Part shown: piece after piece, positions 61,301 through 64,000 of the stretch | Numbering within the stretch: the first letter of the stretch is position 1 | How the letters are laid out: every line of letters starts with the position of its first letter | Virus record (IMG/VR): IMGVR_UViG_3300032223_003493 | Location: 18,882-82,881 of that record | Reading direction: 5' to 3' (one strand) | DNA from: a virus | DNA: 64,000 nt | Position numbers and translations under genes: made by a program | Notes under the pieces: model-generated | What the model saw: the letters and a program-made list of their open reading frames with translations, nothing else | Databases searched by the model: none | What the model was told of the DNA's origin: nothing

Positions 61301-62225
61301 TGGTACTACTACTGGAGGAACTACTACAGGTACAATCACTGGTGGAACAACCACTGGCACTACTACTGGAACTACTGGATTTGCAACAACTACTGTAGCG
61401 ACAACCAATAATTCTGGTGTAATCTATCAAATTCAAAAGAATGCTGATAATTCATTGTCAAGAAAAGGCATTTATGTTCCGCCTTCAAGAGTTTACCCAG
61501 TTTATGCTCCTGATCGAAAAATTAGAGAATATGGCATTTATGAAGTTCAGCCAATATATGTCCCAACATTGATTACTTGGTCTCAAATTGTTGCTTTGAT
61601 AATGAATAAGTATCCAACAACTCCAGATACAACTTTGGACAATGGAACTCAGGTAAAAATTTATGTCAAAACTGGAAATACTAGAGCAGATTGTATTGCA
61701 GCAACATACGGTGATGCTAAAACATTATCTTCTATTAATGACAGTCTAGCTCCAACAACTGCACAATCTTTGTCTGTTGATCTTTCAGCATATTCTGGTA
61801 AATGGCTGCAATATAAGGTCGAACTTATTTCAGCAACACCAAATATAACTCCAGAATTACTTTCATTGACTCTTTCATATACCTCATCAACAGGAAGTTA
61901 TTTCTTTACTAGAATGTTTGATACAACCAATTATGATATTGATGCTCCAATGATCAAAAGAGGTTTATTGAGTTCTAACGAATTAAAAAATAATGGTAGC
62001 ATCGTGTACGGATATACAACATCTGATGACGCAAATGAAACTTTCAATTTTGCCAACTATACTGTAATTTCTCCAAATCAAACATTTGAATTGTCAGAAG
62101 CATCAAGCAAAATTAGATTTGGAATTTTCCTAACAAGTGTAGGAACAACTCCATCTATGGTTTATGATTTTGCCGTACAACTTGACATAGGAGATGCTAG
62201 CATTAAATTTAATCCAACTCCGTAG
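58326..62225 (+). CDS. Mosaic virion protein (1299 aa): AFKIT...TYW module, beta-propeller, PA14-like domain, Thr/Gly-rich linker
   Basis: Blades [15 protein letters not shown] and [15 protein letters not shown]; PA14-like [11 protein letters not shown]...[14 protein letters not shown]...FKLFWQ; TTTGGTTTG linker. Confidence 0.65.
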   Translation: MAYDNYGFFDPKYWNEALNNGTSIGFEIEDETTDIFVKSEFYPNASVIYDTNPPKGILILNRKADDVDPGIKVHYFSGTGYSSTTTEYTDTTSSYSFTKTINAFKITSDKSQNISTIYLKLKKTGSIINLGDRINVALYTHDTTNDAPSALLGSFASIQFNDLTTSFVSYSFTNTGVALAADTTYWIHITLDNLPLPTVGTATIDIANYTNKSSEFAYYDSTNTTWIRLANTSPYYKITAFNTSSAELSSKDYLLDLFEIPIKEVSVYGGSSDLSKYEVIGNDQANYIYKKFDPVYEDTSNSANNIYPTVTNLIVGATAKNTKTYILQVKQTKSSDWEDIVENIADPQTTDYLNFTFTDPISLYAARIAYHGDYFTIDQRGDITLAAYDQFSDVVSAQISRFSDFRDATSFPNADSKGFIDFSAGETTFTNVDLTNAAYLWAKTTGNAASEITAIATFGEKILIAANHKMYVYNNGSVYEILNESLVSEKYQITCIHVFNGRAYAGTNYGLVFTSFNGEFWSVLNAKDPLSQTSYKLLKPIISMTSLGNNLFLGSTKGATSSCSVYQYNGKAITEIKTFTTYDQVSALAAKEFTLYAGLGGAFGSAASAIYKYYNSEWVQTLSSNYDNVECLAKSTTRNSIIAGLRGGQIWELSFTNATANSWAKLYDTYADHIHNIYDDSNGNYVYISADNGVYGYFNSIKNFKKLVSYSYDTNLLNATWRSYTGTGISWTDIGDIESYNFIAYRGQTEAINYNGAIGSSFIPPSGFTNSSVTFDGAIRTSKDGAVSFRIDSNVGYNLFVNDILQISNYTQSTSLTSLYSTNAFNALEGDLLKIKLQTTNNVGSGTTFKLFWQKNTGETFEAIPASQFYGASKVKSVSAIGNTFYGAGMDGSIYEFTTTPYENNNRYIYARFKDQAGNIQGVSLPAHSSGFPVISDRMMQVANTANSTGSFIQYTTTTVTSNSNTTINVITGNTQTTGTGTGTSTTNTNTNGTTTGGTTTGTITGGTTTGTTTGTTGFATTTVATTNNSGVIYQIQKNADNSLSRKGIYVPPSRVYPVYAPDRKIREYGIYEVQPIYVPTLITWSQIVALIMNKYPTTPDTTLDNGTQVKIYVKTGNTRADCIAATYGDAKTLSSINDSLAPTTAQSLSVDLSAYSGKWLQYKVELISATPNITPELLSLTLSYTSSTGSYFFTRMFDTTNYDIDAPMIKRGLLSSNELKNNGSIVYGYTTSDDANETFNFANYTVISPNQTFELSEASSKIRFGIFLTSVGTTPSMVYDFAVQLDIGDASIKFNPTP

Positions 62226-62231
62226 GTAGTA

Positions 62232-64000
62232 ATGGCTAATCGTACATCAATTTACAAGTTTTTATATTCACAATTTGGCGATATTTGGTATCCAGGTTAT
62301 GACTATGAAAATATGCTTACAGCAGAAACCAATTTTTCAGGCATTTACTCTTTCTTTGGACCTGGAGTTATAAATGGCTGGGATGTATCAAAATTATCCG
62401 ATAATAGATCAGATCAAATCTTACTTTTAGATGGATATAATTCAAGCGCAACAAGTGAATATGGGCAAAAATTATCATTACTAAATCTTGATTTCACTGT
62501 TTCTTGTAAAGCAGCAACTACCACAAATATCACTCTTACCGGCGCACAAACTATTGATGGAATTTCTGTTGTTGCTGGTGATCTTGTACTAGTAAAAGAT
62601 CAATCTACAGCTTCACAAAATGGTGTTTATACTGTTGCTTCTGGATCTTGGACCAGACACTCTTCTTTAGATGCTACCTCTGATTATTCTAATAATTTTG
62701 TTGTTTATGTAGGCTCAGGAACAGTAAATCAAAAAACATTATGGATTGGTGCAGTATCATCTACAAACTTCACTTTAGGGTCATCAAATCTTTATTTTCA
62801 AGATGCTTTTAAACAATGTATTAAGGTTAGCACTGGAAATGGAATTATCGATAAATATGCTGCGAAAACTGAAAAGCCACATTATTTCAGACAAACCATA
62901 GCAAATACTTTTTATGCTTGGGCTGAATCTGGCATCTCAACATTATCAGACGAAATTTGCAATATAACTTGCCCATCATTACCAGATTCAAAATACAACA
63001 CATATTCTAATGCGGTATATTTAGCCACAGTAATTTACAAAGCAGATACCACATATACTGATTTCAATACTGTATCAGAAATTATTTACGAAGAGAGAAG
63101 AAATCAAATCAATGAATCTGCTGGAGAATTTCAAAGACAACTTCAACTATCTTATTTAAAACATAAGCATCTTGGTGAAACAAATACTCCAGAAAAAATT
63201 GATCTTGGAAATTTTCTTGTTCTAACAGCTTCGACAAATGATGGAAATTTAAGCTACGATAATTCTTCTATTTTTATATTGAAGAATTCTGATGGTACCT
63301 TATTCAATGACACTCTTTCATCTTATGGCACACCAATTGTAAAACTTGATGGAACAACTTTATCAAAAACTGATTACACAATAAGTTCATCAAGTCCATA
63401 CAAAATTTATCTAAATCAAAGCATCAAGTCAACATCTAAACTTGAAGTATATTTGCCATATGCTGTTGATAAGACATTAATAGCAGTAGATAATAGTCAA
63501 AAGTTATTATCCACAGCGCTTACATTCAATACTAACATAAAGTTAAGTGATGGAACAATTTATCAATATACTGACACAACTGGTTTAACTTCTGACCTTT
63601 ACACCCTATTCTCTTGGACAGATTTTCAATATGATACTGCTGAAGTTTATTTGGCAGATACATTGATCGATTCAGTACACTATACAATCAATCCTTATTC
63701 TGGCTATATTTCACTTAAAAATACAATTCCAAATTATGCTCAATATACTTTCCTTGATTTGTCTGTTATAATCAAAGCACGTAAAATTGAAATCAAGAAC
63801 GATCTTACAAACGACTACATAAAGAATTTATCTGCCAACAGTATATCTACAGGCAAGATATCAATAAATAATTTAAAGATCAATCATTACAGTGAAAATA
63901 GATATAAACAACTTTTGACTTTTACTCCAGATAAGTTCTTGACTACTGGAATTGGCAAGTCATATTTATATCCTCAAAATACAAATTCTTACATTCAATA
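62232..64000 (+). CDS. Tail fibre-like protein, paralogue of 44809-48474; 3'-truncated by the window edge (absent from the ORF track)
   Basis: ATG at 62232 after an AGGT site. Translates MANRTSIYKFLY..., contains CKAATTTNITLTGAQTIDG...LVKDQSTASQNGVY and HKHLG; the frame is open where checked, including the window end. Confidence 0.8.
   Translation, partial: MANRTSIYKFLYSQFGDIWYPGYDYENMLTAETNFSGIYSFFGPGVINGWDVSKLSDNRSDQILLLDGYNSSATSEYGQKLSLLNLDFTVSCKAATTTNITLTGAQTIDGISVVAGDLVLVKDQSTASQNGVYTVASGSWTRHSSLDATSDYSNNFVVYVGSGTVNQKTLWIGAVSSTNFTLGSSNLYFQDAFKQCIKVSTGNGIIDKYAAKTEKPHYFRQTIANTFYAWAESGISTLSDEICNITCPSLPDSKYNTYSNAVYLATVIYKADTTYTDFNTVSEIIYEERRNQINESAGEFQRQLQLSYLKHKHLGETNTPEKIDLGNFLVLTASTNDGNLSYDNSSIFILKNSDGTLFNDTLSSYGTPIVKLDGTTLSKTDYTISSSSPYKIYLNQSIKSTSKLEVYLPYAVDKTLIAVDNSQKLLSTALTFNTNIKLSDGTIYQYTDTTGLTSDLYTLFSWTDFQYDTAEVYLADTLIDSVHYTINPYSGYISLKNTIPNYAQYTFLDLSVIIKARKIEIKNDLTNDYIKNLSANSISTGKISINNLKINHYSENRYKQLLTFTPDKFLTTGIGKSYLYPQNTNSYIQ

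Noticed and set aside
2283-61436. Short (60-101 aa) antisense or alternate-frame ORFs nested in long genes, for example 2283-2588, 27784-28089, 36554-36814, 61184-61408
   Set aside because: They are fully overlapped by well-supported genes, have no motifs, and their composition mirrors the antisense of biased codons.
49441-62234. Amber (TAG) stop-codon reassignment, suggested by in-frame ORF pairs separated only by TAG at 49441/49486 and 62223
   Set aside because: ORFs of 1000-3464 aa contain no internal TAG under the standard code and coding density is already near complete. The downstream genes have their own ribosome-binding sites, and the 62232 gene has an N-terminus paralogous to the 44809 gene.
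40390-64000. Diversity-generating retroelement or invertible fibre cassette
   Set aside because: No reverse transcriptase or recombinase, and no near-identical template/variable repeat pair or inverted crossover sites were seen by eye.

Overview
This AT-rich (roughly 30% GC by eye), very gene-dense window reads best as part of a large (jumbo/huge) tailed-phage genome, using the standard genetic code. It has three blocks. (1) 1-5868 (+): the end of a glycan biosynthesis/modification cluster (NeuB-SAF-cupin, ThDP-dependent carboligase, two methyltransferases, NDP-sugar SDR, GT-A-like protein). (2) 5851-22985 (-): a head-tail joining and tail operon (FmdB zinc ribbon, neck-like protein, double zinc ribbon, degenerate PHP protein, Mu gp36-like connector, tail-completion-like protein, large S/T-rich virion proteins, two tail-tube-like genes each followed by a chaperone-like gene). 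(3) 23063-64000 (+): a divergent operon starting with a small DUF5679-like zinc protein missed by the ORF track, then helical and Asn/Ile-repeat proteins, a 3464-aa protein with 14 PKD domains plus an RCC1-like propeller, a baseplate-hub-like protein, and a run of giant mosaic fibre/adhesin proteins (SwmB-like, PA14-like, CBM-like, beta-propeller). I recognised no capsid, portal, terminase, sheath, tRNA, rRNA, CRISPR array or mobile element. The most interesting hypotheses are a phage-encoded virion glycosylation system with a recurrent hydrophobic-G-S-T candidate sequon, a duplicated tube+chaperone module, a shared basic-hydrophobic-Ala processing motif, and leaderless TAnAAT-N6-ATG promoters. 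All family assignments come from motif recognition by eye, not from database searches.
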